Part shown: piece after piece, positions 20,268 through 31,744 of the stretch
Position numbering within the stretch: position 1 is the first letter of the stretch
How the letters are laid out: each line of letters starts with the position of its first letter
Source: an uncultured delta proteobacterium
GTDB lineage: Bacteria > Desulfobacterota > Binatia > Bin18
NCBI GenBank assembly: GCA_963733195.1
Contig: CAVTCR010000053.1
Coordinates: 38,439 to 102,438 of the forward strand
Direction of reading: 5' to 3'
Length of the DNA stretch: 64,000 nucleotides
Notes under the pieces: model-generated
Seen by the model: the letters and a program-made list of their open reading frames with translations, nothing else
What the model was told of the DNA's origin: nothing
Databases searched by the model: none
Made by a program: the position numbers and the translations under genes

Positions 20268-21347
20268 ATGGGTGATTTTTTCACTGTCGAGTGGCAAAAC
20301 GGTACAGTCGTGATGCTAGACCAGCGACTGCTGCCAACGAAAGAAATATACCGCACGTATCGTGACTACCGAGGTGTGGCCAAGGCAATTAAAGATATGG
20401 TGGTGCGCGGTGCCCCAGCCATCGGCGTCGCCGCAGCGATGGGTCTTGCCCTTGGCGCGCGACAACTGAAAAAGGTGAGCGATAGCAATGAATTTGAACG
20501 GCTCTGCCAAGTGTTTGCGGCAACCCGACCTACAGCGGTCAATCTGTTCTGGGCGATTGAGCGGATGCGCCGAGTGTACAACCGCGTTCGGAAACAGGGA
20601 GACGAAGAGATTCGTGGAACTTTGGAGCGTGAAGCCCAGAAAATGCACGAAGAGGACATTGCTGCCAATCGTCGTATGGGGCGGTATGGAGCGGCGTTGA
20701 TCCCGAAAGGTGCAACGATCCTCACCCATTGTAATGCCGGCGCGCTGGCCACTGCAGGGTATGGGACTGCTTTAGGGGTGATTCGCGCGGCGTGGGAACA
20801 AAAGAAGAATATCTCAGTCTTCGTTCCTGAAACACGCCCGTTTCTTCAAGGCGCACGCCTGACTGCCTGGGAACTGCAAAAAGAGGGCATTCCTGCGACC
20901 CTGATTACTGACAACATGGTTGGTCACTTCATGCAGCAGGGAAAGATCGACTGCGTGATTGTTGGCACTGATCGTACTGCGGCAAACGGAGATGTGGCCA
21001 ATAAGATTGGAACCTACACTTCAGCCGTGCTAGCGGATCGTCACAACGTCCCATTTTATGTTGCTGCTCCTACTTCGTCGATTGACTTGGCGTGTCCGAA
21101 TGGCAAACACATTCCGATTGAAGAACGATCCTCACGTGAAGTGACCCACGTCTTTGGCAAACAGGTAGCCCCGACAAACATGCGAGTTGCCAATCCGGCT
21201 TTTGATGTGACGCCGCATGAATTGGTCACTGCAATCGTGACAGAAAAGGGAGTCGCGCGTGATCCGTTTCAGAAAACACTGCCGAAGTTGGTTGGCGAAA
21301 AGGGGAAACTGGGAAACGGCAATATCGTTCGATCGGTAGAAGTTTGA
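20268..21347 (+). CDS. mtnA: S-methyl-5-thioribose-1-phosphate isomerase
   Basis: [58 protein letters not shown]. Confidence 0.95.
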   Translation: MGDFFTVEWQNGTVVMLDQRLLPTKEIYRTYRDYRGVAKAIKDMVVRGAPAIGVAAAMGLALGARQLKKVSDSNEFERLCQVFAATRPTAVNLFWAIERMRRVYNRVRKQGDEEIRGTLEREAQKMHEEDIAANRRMGRYGAALIPKGATILTHCNAGALATAGYGTALGVIRAAWEQKKNISVFVPETRPFLQGARLTAWELQKEGIPATLITDNMVGHFMQQGKIDCVIVGTDRTAANGDVANKIGTYTSAVLADRHNVPFYVAAPTSSIDLACPNGKHIPIEERSSREVTHVFGKQVAPTNMRVANPAFDVTPHELVTAIVTEKGVARDPFQKTLPKLVGEKGKLGNGNIVRSVEV

Positions 21348-21354
21348 CGATGGT

Positions 21355-23640
21355 TACAACCGTTGCAACTTTTCCCCTCTCCCGACCATCCCTACGGAAT
21401 AAAATTCAACTCCTCCGGTAACGGTCCAACGATCGGCGCCTCGAAAGAGCGGTCCAGTCTCCGTCAGGGTCAATGACGTTGACGCCGTCCGAAGCAAAGA
21501 ACTCGGCGATCTGCCGACGCGCAGCCGCCCCCACATCTCCCAAGGCTGGGAAAAAGAAAGGAGAGCTAGGATTAAACGGAAAAATGGAATTGATGATAAG
21601 AAAAGCGTGTGGGTCCTTCGGCACTTGTACTCCGGTTGGATTTCGCACTGGATCTGCAAACGCGAGGTCGTTGCGGTAGTATGTTGCTCGGTCAGCCAGG
21701 TCGCCAGCTCGTAGCAGAGCCGTAGCAGGAGGATTCGGCACGGTCTTATCACCTTTGGCGAATTGGATGATGATGTCCTTTGGGCGACATCCCTGCGAGT
21801 GGGGCTTTGCGCAGATAGGGAGCATAGGCAACAGGGTTTCCTGCCTGTGCGATCCATTCGCTTCGCTCCAGCACAGTTTGGATCTCGATTGCGCCAGGAA
21901 CGGTGTTGATTACTGGCGGCTGATTGCGGAGCGGCAGGTTCTCATTAAACTCGAATCCACTTGGACCTCCGACATTAATCAACGAAGGTACGGACGCGGC
22001 AAACGCGGCTCCCACGCCCAGATCGAAAGACCGGCGAGAGTCGGCTGTTTTCGATATCCGCTCCACCCGGCACATTTGGCACGCCAGCATGCACTTTAGG
22101 TTCTACCGCCAGGAAAATCGTGCCATAGATGCCACCTAACGATTGACCGAAGTAGTAGATACGTGCCGGATCGAGGTCTGCCACCGTATCGCCATCCACG
22201 TCCATGCCGACTTCGATCATGCGTACCAGTTGCATTAAATCGACTACCGTCTGTGCGATGCCCATCGCGGTTACCCACAATAGTCCGCGGTGCAGCGGCA
22301 GCAAGGCCTTCACTCGTACCAATCACTCCGTCGTTGTTTTGGTCAATCCCACGTCCACCTGCAAGAAAGGTCACTGGGTCACCAGCCGTTTGATTCAACT
22401 GTCAACGTTCCTAATGGACCGCCCCCATGTCCTACCGCATTGATGCCAATGGTGGCGATGCCACGCTCCGCCATCTCCGCCGCAAATAGGAACAAGCGAG
22501 TGTCTTTACTCCCATTCAAGGAATGGCCAAAAATCGCTACTGGCCAGCCGTTCTGTGGCGGAGTTCCGGAAGGCAGGACAAGGTTAAAGTAGATCTCGTT
22601 CTGGCCCTGGACGGCTGGACTCACCGGTCAGGGTGCCCACTGGCGGAATGAATTCACCCGTTGCTTCATAATTCGGCGAGACATATTTGCCGTAGGCAAT
22701 CGTGCCAGCCGCACCAGGAATTGCCCGTAGCGCAGGTAGCTGTAAGGCAAAGACGGCAGAGATTCCAGGCACGACCTGGGGACGTGACACGGTCTAGGTT
22801 CAATGCCATACTGCTGACATTACTGAGCGTGAAAACCGTCCGTGTTCCTCCCGGGCCCAACAAAAAGTTGGCAGGCGCAGGTACTTCTGCTTTAATTTCA
22901 TCGCGAATCTTCTCCAGCACGGCGGTTACACTCTGCGTGGTGAAGACGCTGGGGGCCACAAGATCTTTAGGATGTACTTTCTGGCCTTTCTTAAGTTGCT
23001 GCCTAGGCTTCGACCAGCGCTTGCCGGTAAGCCTGTAGATCTGCGTTCTCATCTGTCCGAAATTGAGCACGGCGAAAACGACGAAAGCCTGGGAAGTTGT
23101 ATCCGGATGCCCATCTGGGTCCGTACCTGCCGTTGGTCACGATAAAGCGCATAGCGAGTATGTTGCTCCAGCAGTTCATCGGACTCGACATGCAATGTAT
23201 TTGTCTCTGGGTCCCAGACTATTTGATTAATGCCGATGACCTGTCCACCAGAATTTCCATCGATCAGTGTACTGCCGAGATTGAGCAGAAAGACGGACTC
23301 GCTGGTTACAGTGTTGACGTCGATAGGACCAGTGAACGGAATCGATAGACGCGATTGCAGGTTAAAACCATCCAAAGTGTTAATGACATCAATATGACGG
23401 CACTCCGTTACGCGAACTGTACAATCCGGTTTGGGCAGATTGACCCGTAGGCCAGTATTGTGGCTGGAGTCAGGAACAGCAAACAGGTTGCTGGGAAAAG
23501 GACCTGCCGATGGAATGTCAGTGCTAAAGCGTACCTGAACCTTGCCTCCAGCCTCAGCTCTTGCTGGCCAGGCGGCCACACCCATGAATAAAGAAAGAAC
23601 GCCACTCGCTGCCACAAATCGTTGTCGCACGCATACGCAT
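21355..23640 (-). CDS. Secreted Ig-like domain + alpha/beta-hydrolase (extracellular lipase-like) protein, multiple frameshifts
   Basis: Consecutive minus-strand fragments: signal peptide, GPFPSNLF, LDGFNLQSR, WPVAIFGH, YFGQSLGGIYG (GxSxG), GDKTVPNP, DPH. Confidence 0.65.
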
Positions 23641-23916
23641 AAAGGAAACCTCCTTGAGGATAAATTTGGTGGAAATCTACGGCTGCGCTGCACAAGGAAG
23701 CTTGATGAAGGAGTGATGATTTGGTGATGAGGGAGTGATGATTGGGGTAAAGAGGGAAAATAAGCCGAAGGCTGCCGGGGAAATCAATGAAGAATGGGGA
23801 ATGAAGAGGGAAGAGTGAAAACAGGCTGAAGGGATGAAAAAGGAAGACCAGACTGAAGTAGCCTGCGCTATACGCACGAAGGGTGGCTAGGGGAGAAATC
23901 GTGCGTGCAACGCACA

Positions 23917-24273
23917 CTACGCTGAAGTGTATGTCTTACTCTGCTTCGGGAAGAATTCTGTCCAGAGCAGCAATGAGAGATGGCAAATCTTCGATGTATC
24001 CCAAACACGGTCCAGATCGATGTCAAAATACGCATGAATCAGTCGATTTCTCATCGCTACCATGCTTGGCCAGGGAAGGTCTGGCAATTGACGCTGAGTT
24101 TCCTTGGTGACTTGGGCTGCTGCTTCTCCGATAATCTCGATACAGTGTACAAGAGCGTGTTCCAGCATGCGATCATGGTCGAGATCACTTCTGGAGCGGT
24201 CGCGTGAGAAAGAGAGCGCTTCCTGCGCTGCATCTCTCATGTGACGCAGACGTATTTCATCATCCTTGCGCAT
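23917..24273 (-). CDS. HepT-like (DUF86/HEPN) ribonuclease toxin
   Basis: [15 protein letters not shown]...IEIIGEAA...[20 protein letters not shown] (RxxxxH). Confidence 0.85.
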   Translation of the reverse strand: MRKDDEIRLRHMRDAAQEALSFSRDRSRSDLDHDRMLEHALVHCIEIIGEAAAQVTKETQRQLPDLPWPSMVAMRNRLIHAYFDIDLDRVWDTSKICHLSLLLWTEFFPKQSKTYTSA

Positions 24274-24564
24274 ATTGGACTTCTGCTGACTCCACCACAG
24301 CCTGTCGAAAATAGCGACTGAGGTCGGCGGGAGTGCGCAGATCGACTTTTCGGCCAAGGATCTCGGAGATTTCGAGTTCCATTCCTGCAAAACGAATCAG
24401 TCCTACTCTTTGCCCTGGCTCGAATTCAACAAGGACATCGATATCACTGTCAGAGCGAAAGTCTTCCCTGAGTACTGAACCAAAAAACGCGAGCTTACGA
24501 ATGTGATGGCGCTGACAAGAACGCGGCGAAGGCGCTCATGGTCGACTGGAATTTTTGCACTCAT
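24260..24564 (-). CDS. Minimal nucleotidyltransferase (MNT) antitoxin, frameshifted
   Basis: Manual translation MSAKIPVD...[29 protein letters not shown]...[17 protein letters not shown]; GS-x10-DxD motif; not in the ORF track. Confidence 0.8.
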
Positions 24565-24684
24565 AGATCCGACTTTTATCATAAGTTTCGACTGAAAACC
24601 CTAGCCCCACTCTTGTTCTCTGCTTTTTTCTGCCTTCAGTCTCAAGCCTATAGTCTTTTTTATTCTCAATTCTTCATTCTTAAC

Positions 24685-26503
24685 TCATTTGAGCCCCGCT
24701 TTGCGCAGGCCAGCCACGAGACGCTCAAGATCGGTTGGATTCGCGTAAGGCACTGTCTTTTGTACCCACTCCAGGGAAGCAGAGGGCTGGAGCTTGCAGT
24801 ATTTTTGCCACCGCGGCGCGGGCTTCTTCCTCTTGGCCAAGTTCGGCGAAGCAGAATGCCAAGGTGAAATAGTAATGGACCGCGTTGGGGTTGACGGCCA
24901 GGAATCTTCTTCGCCGTGGTAATCGCTCCTCATACCGTTACGCATCGCGATAGGCAAGCGGTAAAGAAGTCGTAAAAGGCCCGACTTGCCGGGGATTGAG
25001 ACGAATCGCTTTCTCGACCAACGCAATCGCTTCCTGCGGCCGTCCAGCAAAAATCATAATATTCCCCAGAATCGAAAACCCCTCAGCAAAGTTGGGATCG
25101 AGGGCAATGGCCCGTTCGGCTTCGGCAATCGCCTGCGGTAATTGCTTCTGCCACATATGCAGAACGCCCAAGCTGGTATGGGCATGCGGCAATGCTGTCG
25201 TCCAAAGCGATGGCGTACTGCGCAAATGCCGTTGCACGTTGCATGGACTGTGCAGGGTCACTGCTCCAGTGCAAGTACCAGTCTCGAAAATAGGTCATGC
25301 CCAAACCGTGTAGGCAAGAGCGTATTGAGGAGTCTACAGCAAGCGCTTGCTCAAACAACTGCCGAGCTTGCGCGTTTGCTGCTCGATTCGTTTCTACGTA
25401 CGCTCGTACTGCCTTCTCCCAACCGCGCAAATAGAGATCATACGCAGTGAGATTTTCTGTAGGTACACGCCGCACGCGCGCGATTTCCGCTGCCAGCACC
25501 TCAACCTGAAGCCGCGCTACGATGGCCTGCGTGATCTCGTCCTGTAGCAGGAAAATCTCCTTGAGCGGACGATCATACCGCTCAGACCAGACAAGATGAT
25601 TCGTAATAGCGTCGATCAATTGGACGTTAATGCGGATATGGTCCGAAATTTTCCGAACGCTGCCCTCGAGGACATAGCGCACGCCTAACTCTCGGCTGAC
25701 CTGCTGGATGTTAACGGCTCCGCCTTTATAGGCGAAGGACGACGTGCGAGCGATAACGAACAGACCGGAGTACGTTTGATAACTGGGTGATGATGCTCAT
25801 CGGTGATCCCGTTACTGAAATACTCCTGTTCCGCATCGCCACTGAGATTCGATGAACGGTAAGACGGCAATGGAGGGTTTGTCCGGCAACGGCAGGACCG
25901 GCTGCGCCGGAGGACTGGAGTGCTGAGGACTGAGTGCTGAGTGTAGAGCGCGACAAATAATGAACCGTGAGGGCTATGACGGTCAGCAATAACACTGCGG
26001 TTAGTACGAATTGTGGAGCCTGGATGGAAAGAAATGAGATCCAGGAGAGACTCTCTTTTCCGGCGCTCTATTCCTGGATTGGTCGCTGCGCTTCATCCAG
26101 GCTACGTAACTGCCCTTCTTCTTGCCCACGGCTTACTCCTAACTGCTACACTCTTGACACTGCCTACTGAATGCTGACTACTGAATACTGATTGAGTGGT
26201 GACGAGCGGAGCCACAAACCGATATCCCCGTCCATGTTGTGTCTCAATGATCTCCTGCTTGGTCCCATCATCTCCAACCGCTGCACGAGCGGCGCGGATA
26301 CAGCGTGTGAGGGCATTTTCACCAACCACTTGTCCTGGCCAAAGCTTATCTAACAGCTCGTCTTTCGAGACAACCCGATCGCGATGTTGGACTAGATAGG
26401 CCAAAACATCAAACACCTTGGGTTCGAGGGCTACGGGCACTCCATTCCGCCGCAACTGATAGAGAGGCTCATCCAGTTCACAGTCAGCAAAGCGATAGAT
26501 CAT
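24685..26503 (-). CDS. wHTH (CadC/OmpR-type) + TM + TolB-N-like + TPR protein, multiple frameshifts
   Basis: MIYRFADCELDE...LEPKVFDVLAYL...GRGYRF; LPDKPSIAVLP; RYVLEGSVRK; TENLTAYDLYLRG; TPRs; GLRKAGLK. Confidence 0.8.
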
Positions 26504-26639
26504 CGGGAGGCTCCAACCATGGCAACTAGCGAAGCCGACCATAGCAGTACAGGGAGTGATGAACAAGTTGCGACGCTGTATGCTTGCCTACACGCGAAAC
26601 TGCCGGATCTCCTCTACCAACTGTGCGTGTGCTTGTGCC

Positions 26640-27651
26640 TCAATTTTCCCATACTGGGAGCTGACGCTGCTGGTGAGTTGCTTTTAGCGTTTTGATCCTC
26701 TGCGCAGCTTCTTCAACGCGAGACTGCTGAATAATTCCGTTCTCGACTGCTCGTACACAGGCATCTCGGGCCGCAATAGCGAGTTCAATTTTGTGACACA
26801 CCAGCAGCATATCCGCTCCAGCAGTGAGGGCATTGATCACGGCTCGCTCAATTGTCGAATGGCGGACGACCGCGCCCATCTCAAGATCGTCGGTGACAAT
26901 AACGCCATCGAATCCCAATCTGCTGCCGGAGCAAGTCAGTCAGAATCTTGCGTGATGCCGTTGCGGGGCAATCTGGATCAAGCGCGGGGTAGACGACATG
27001 AGCGGACATGATCATTTCGATTCCCTCAGCAATGACCTGCTGAAACGGATAAAGGTCAATCTGGGTCAATTCCTCCAGGCTGCGCTCGTCTTTGGGCTGG
27101 TCGTCATGCGAATCTAGCAAAGTCCCCCCATGCCCAGGGAAGTGTTTGCCACACGGAATAATCCCTGCGTCTCGTAACCCTTGTGCTTGTGCTCGACCAA
27201 AGAGCGCGACTTGGTAGGGGTCAGTAGAAAATGCGCGATCGCCAATAACGGTATTGGCCGGATTGGTCAGGACATCGAGCACCGGAGCGAAATCAAGATC
27301 AATGCCAACACTGCGGAGTTCGTGTCCCATGGCGAAGCCGACTTGATACGCAAGATTGACCGAGCTCGTTAGCCCAACCTTGTGCATCGCTGGGAAATGG
27401 GTAAATGGTGGGTTGAGACGATGAACACGCCCCCCTTCATGGTCAATGGCGATCAACGGTCGCGAGTCCGAGAACAGTGAATGAAGCTCTACACATAGAA
27501 TGATGAGCGCTTCTGGAGTCGTGTAGTTGCGACGAAAAAGAACAATGCCACCAGGGCGCAACTCTTGGAGCTGTACACGTGTTTCATCATCCAAAACTGG
27601 CTGGGGAATCCCAACCATAAATAAAGAACCGAGGGTATCTTGCAAACGCAT
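26640..27651 (-). CDS. nagZ: Beta-N-acetylhexosaminidase (GH3), frameshift near 26900
   Basis: IDHEGGRV, FAPVLDV, KHFPGHG...DSH, GFDGVIVTDDLEMGA. Confidence 0.9.
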
Positions 27652-27955
27652 CGGCTGGCAGTTTAGCAGGGATCAAACGAGGGACAAATCTAGAGACGGC
27701 CTACTAGACAACGGAAAGAGAAGTGTGCTATCAGCGCTGCCACATTTTCGCTGTGCTTTCTGAAAAGAGGGAACCTGTGAGGAGAGCTAACGATGGGCGA
27801 CGAAATCGTCGACCCAGAAGCAAAACTCTGCAGGAGAGAGAGTAGATGGCGACCGCTTGGATCCACTATTAACTGGACCGAGACGGATGGCGAAACCGGT
27901 CTCTTTGATAGACCTGTGTGACGCCTTCGGGCTCGGTTGTGAGGAGGAGATACTC

Positions 27956-28780
27956 ATGACCGCTGCTACACCAAAAGTTACTGTCCCTGAACTGCAACGG
28001 CTCAAGGCCGCGGGGCAGAAGATTACCGCGCTGACCGCGTACGATTATCCCTTTGCCCGTATTCTTGATGGTTGTGGCATCGACGTACTGTTGGTTGGCG
28101 ATTCTGTCAGCACTGTCGTACAGGGGATGGATACGACTCTACCCGTCACCATGGACGAGATGGTGTACCATTGCAAACTGGTGACTCGGGCACGGCCTCG
28201 CGCCCTTGTCGTTGGCGACTTGCCGTTCCTGTCTTACCAAGCTGGGGTTTGCGCTGCGATTGCTAACGCTGGACGATTACTGAAAGATGGCGGCGTCGAA
28301 GCCGTCAAGCTGGAAGGTGGTGTGAACATCGCGCGCGTGATGAAGGCCATTGTCAATGTCGATATTCCAGTGATGGCCCACATCGGTCTGACTCCGCAGT
28401 CGGTTCATCGTATGGGTGGGTTTAAAGTCCAAGGGAAAAAATCGGGTCGCCAACCCGGGGCACGAGAGCGGTTAATCGAAGACGCGCAGGCTGTAGCTGA
28501 CGCTGGTGCGTTTGCTGTCGTGCTCGAAGGCGTGCCGATGGATCTCGCCCACGAGATCACCGAAATGTTGCCTATTCCGACTATTGGCATCGGTGCTGGC
28601 CCATACTGTGACGGACAAATTCTCGTTATCCACGACGTACTTGGTTTGACGGATCGCTTTGCCCCCAAGTTCGTCAAACGCTATGCTGATCTCCAAGGCG
28701 TGATCTCTCAGGCGGTGAATGCCTATATCAGCGAAGTGCGCGGTGGCGCATTCCCCGCTGATGCGCAGTCGTTTCACTAG
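27956..28780 (+). CDS. panB: 3-methyl-2-oxobutanoate hydroxymethyltransferase
   Basis: LTAYDY, LLVGDS, DLPFLSY, VKLEGG, HIGLTPQS, GIGAG..CDGQILV. Confidence 0.97.
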   Translation: MTAATPKVTVPELQRLKAAGQKITALTAYDYPFARILDGCGIDVLLVGDSVSTVVQGMDTTLPVTMDEMVYHCKLVTRARPRALVVGDLPFLSYQAGVCAAIANAGRLLKDGGVEAVKLEGGVNIARVMKAIVNVDIPVMAHIGLTPQSVHRMGGFKVQGKKSGRQPGARERLIEDAQAVADAGAFAVVLEGVPMDLAHEITEMLPIPTIGIGAGPYCDGQILVIHDVLGLTDRFAPKFVKRYADLQGVISQAVNAYISEVRGGAFPADAQSFH

Positions 28781-28799
28781 GGTGTGAAAAATATTCTCG

Positions 28800-28870
28800 T
28801 GCTTCGACGGGCTCGGCACGAACGGTGAGCGTGACCCTCTTCCGTTCACCCTGAGCTTGTCGAAGGGTGA
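28800..28870. repeat. REP-like palindromic element
   Basis: TTCGACGGGCTCGGCACGAACGG ... CCGTTCACCCTGAGCTTGTCGAA imperfect inverted repeat between panB and panC. Confidence 0.7.
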
Positions 28871-28876
28871 GGGCCT

Positions 28877-29719
28877 ATGCAAATCATCAACCACATTCCA
28901 GAAATGCAGTGCTGGTCGGAGACGCAGCGGCTCGCGGGTAAGAAGATTGCCTGCGTCCCAACTATGGGTTTTCTCCACGAGGGGCATTTGAGCTTGGTAC
29001 GTGAGGGCAAGAAACGTGGAGACCTCGTCGTCGTGACAATCTTTGTCAATCCGATGCAGTTCAACCAGGCTTCTGATTTTGACAAGTATCCACGCAACGT
29101 TGAACAAGACCAACGCATGTTAGAAGAAGCCGGGACCGACGTGCTGTTCTATCCTACGGCACCAGAAATGTACCCCGAGAACTTCCAGACCGCAGTCGAA
29201 GTAGACAAAGTGAGCAAACCACTCTGCGGGGCGTTTCGTCCGGGGCATTTTCGTGGGGTGACGACAGTAGTTGCCAAGCTCTTCAATATTGTGAAACCGC
29301 ACTTCGCGCTCTTTGGTGAGAAAGACTTTCAACAGTGTGTCGTGATTCAGCGCATGGTCAAGGATCTGAATTTCGATATCGAGATCATTCCTATGCCGAC
29401 TATCCGGGAAATGGATGGAATCGCGATGAGCTCACGGAATGCGCGTTTAAGTGAAGCTGAACGACGAACGAGTCTCTGTATTTCCCGGGCGCTGAATCAA
29501 GCACAGGAGCTGGTCACTCATGGTGAACGAGACGCCAACAAGATTCTTCAGATGGTACAAAGCATCTTAAGCAAAGATAGGGGAGTACGGTTAGAATACG
29601 CGTCGCTTTGCCATCCTGAAACCCTCGAAGAAACTGCGCAAATCTCTGGTCCAACCTTGTTGGCAATTGCTGCTTGGGTTGGCGAGGTGCGGTTGATTGA
29701 TAATCGCGTCATCGGTTGA
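28877..29719 (+). CDS. panC: Pantoate--beta-alanine ligase
   Basis: VPTMGFLHEGH, IFVNPMQF, RPGHFRGV, FGEKDFQQ, AMSSRN, RLIDN. Confidence 0.97.
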   Translation: MQIINHIPEMQCWSETQRLAGKKIACVPTMGFLHEGHLSLVREGKKRGDLVVVTIFVNPMQFNQASDFDKYPRNVEQDQRMLEEAGTDVLFYPTAPEMYPENFQTAVEVDKVSKPLCGAFRPGHFRGVTTVVAKLFNIVKPHFALFGEKDFQQCVVIQRMVKDLNFDIEIIPMPTIREMDGIAMSSRNARLSEAERRTSLCISRALNQAQELVTHGERDANKILQMVQSILSKDRGVRLEYASLCHPETLEETAQISGPTLLAIAAWVGEVRLIDNRVIG

Positions 29720-29754
29720 TAGGGTAGGGGCACGGCGTTGCCGTGCCTTTGTAT

Positions 29755-30247
29755 ATGCCCAAACCAACTTCTTCGACAGACAAAACTATCTGCATCAACC
29801 GCCGGGCTCGCTTCGACTATGAAATCGAAGAGAAGTTCGAAGCGGGTATTGTCTTGACTGGCGGCGAAGTGAAGTCGCTGCGTGACGGACGAGCGCAACT
29901 GAAGGACAGCTACGGTCGTGTTGAGAGAGGCGAGATGACGTTGATCAACGCCCATATCAACGCTTATGAGCCTGCCCATTATTTTAATGTCGATTCAACG
30001 CGCACGCGAAAACTCCTCATGCACAAGAAGGAGATCATGCGATTAATGGGGAAAGTACGGGAACAGGGGTTGACCCTGATCCCATTGCGCTTATATTTCA
30101 AGAACGGACGTGCGAAAGTTGAACTAGCACTCGCGCGTGGAAAGAAGAGGTACGACAAGACGGGAAACGATCCGTGCACGCGAAGTACAGCGTGATATCG
30201 CGCGTGGGATGCAACGCAACTTGAGAGAGCCGACACGTAAAGCGTAA
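29755..30247 (+). CDS. smpB: SsrA-binding protein (frameshift near 30150-30165)
   Basis: NRRARFDY..EEKFEAGIVLTGGEVKSLR, RTRKLLMHKKEI, ARGKKRYDK then shifted ETIRAREVQRDIAR. Confidence 0.95.
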
Positions 30248-30308
30248 AGAATAATACGTGACCTCCCGAAAGAAAGTTCACGTATTACGTATCACGGGTC
30301 ACGTTTAT

Positions 30309-30663
30309 GGGGGCGATCTGGGTTCGACGGGGGCTGAGAAGCCAAAGCTGCAATGTCGGGGGCTGTTTACCCGTAAAATTGACAGACTGCAAATTTAGCT
30401 GCAGACAACGCTGAATACGCCCTCGCTGCCTAATACGCAGTGAGCGTTCTACCGGTTCGTGCCCGTAGGGCCGACTAGAACGTCATAAATCGGGATAGGG
30501 ACTGCGTTGCGCCGCAGGGCGTAGTCTCCGAAACTTCACTGAGGCTGGTCCTAGAGAATCCCGCTCACGGGAGTTGATAGGGCAAGATTAAATCGTGAGC
30601 TAAGCATTGTAGACGCTTTCGGTAGACCACTCTCGGACGGGGGTTCAATTCCCCCCGCCTCCA
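30309..30663 (+). ncRNA. ssrA: tmRNA
   Basis: 5' GGGGGCG...TTCGAC, 3' GGGGTTCAATTCCC..CGCCTCCA acceptor/T arm; tag ORF 30401-30433 ADNAEYALAA*; directly after smpB. Confidence 0.95.
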
Positions 30664-30770
30664 CTTTTCCTTCTATTTTCTTTTCGTCTAGCAAACCCGT
30701 GTTGACCGTGAGATAATCTTTGCAGAGAAGCAAAAGCCACAAACGCTTCTGCTACAACGTGAGAAGGGAC

Positions 30771-31001
30771 ATGGAAGATTCGGTACGTTGGTCGATTACG
30801 GTGTCGAGAGAAACAGATATTGCTTTACGTTCGTATCTTACTCAACAAGGAGTGAAGAGAGCAGGGTTCTCAAAATTTGTTGAGGAGGCGGTCCGTTGGC
30901 GTGTACTTGATGCCACAGTCCAGAAGATCCGAGAACGCAACAAAGACGTGCCAGAGGAGGAAATTCAAACTGCAATCGACGAAGCTGTAGACCTCGGCTA
31001 A
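30771..31001 (+). CDS. Ribbon-helix-helix domain protein (antitoxin-like, orphan)
   Basis: VRWSITVSRETDIALRSYL...FSKFVEEAVRWRV. Confidence 0.7.
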   Translation: MEDSVRWSITVSRETDIALRSYLTQQGVKRAGFSKFVEEAVRWRVLDATVQKIRERNKDVPEEEIQTAIDEAVDLG

Positions 31002-31021
31002 CAGCTGCAAAGCTTCGGCTT

Positions 31022-31451
31022 TTAAGGGACCTTTTGCAGATCCATTCCGACATAGGTGAAGTGGTCATCGTCTGTCAAAACCTTCTTGATGTTGCGGTCC
31101 CGCATAATCACCATCGAAGTCAGGTCGGTGAAGGAGATCTTCGGTTTGTCTTGAAAGCGCTTGCGTAGCTCCCACGCTGCGGTAAAGCGTTCAGACGTCA
31201 CCCGCTCTGTGGCGAGTCTGTCCTTCCTGGCTGGCCTGAAAAATACCCTCCATAAAACTGACAGCTTCTGTAAACGACTCTCGCCGAAAAATGAGCGTCA
31301 TAACCTCATCGAGCACATAGTCAGTCGTATACAACCCAGCACCTTCCTCGCGGAGCTGCTGGTACAACGCTTTGACCTCTTGGTGACGCGGGTCGCGACG
31401 ATGCCCGAGCGCCAGCCATCCCCAGGTGTCAATCAGGACCGCTTCAGCCAT
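31022..31451 (-). CDS. PIN-domain (VapC-like) toxin, frameshifted
   Basis: AVLIDTWGW, TTDYVLDE, then SFTDLTSMVIM...LTDDDHF. Confidence 0.8.
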
Positions 31452-31669
31452 TACGCCGGCTCCTTGCCATACAACTCTTCGTCAATTGCTTCCCCAGAAA
31501 GGGGACTCCCAGACAAACAACCAGCAACTCGCAAAATCGGATCTTCACTCTTTTGCTCGCGGAGCCGTAGAAAATCGATAAAGTCGAGAACTTCCTGCAG
31601 TCGAGCTTCTGATAGATCAGTGACCTTTTCAAGCAGTTGTTGCTTGAGCACGTCAGTTGCGACGTTCAT
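31451..31669 (-). CDS. DUF2281-like antitoxin
   Basis: LSEARLQEVLDFIDFL...IDEELYG, coupled to the PIN gene. Confidence 0.7.
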   Translation of the reverse strand: MNVATDVLKQQLLEKVTDLSEARLQEVLDFIDFLRLREQKSEDPILRVAGCLSGSPLSGEAIDEELYGKEPA

Positions 31670-31744
31670 AGTTGTGCTCCCTATTTTATCGACTTATTTT
31701 CGGATTGACTCATTGATTCATTGAATCCGTTTTGACTCTGGACA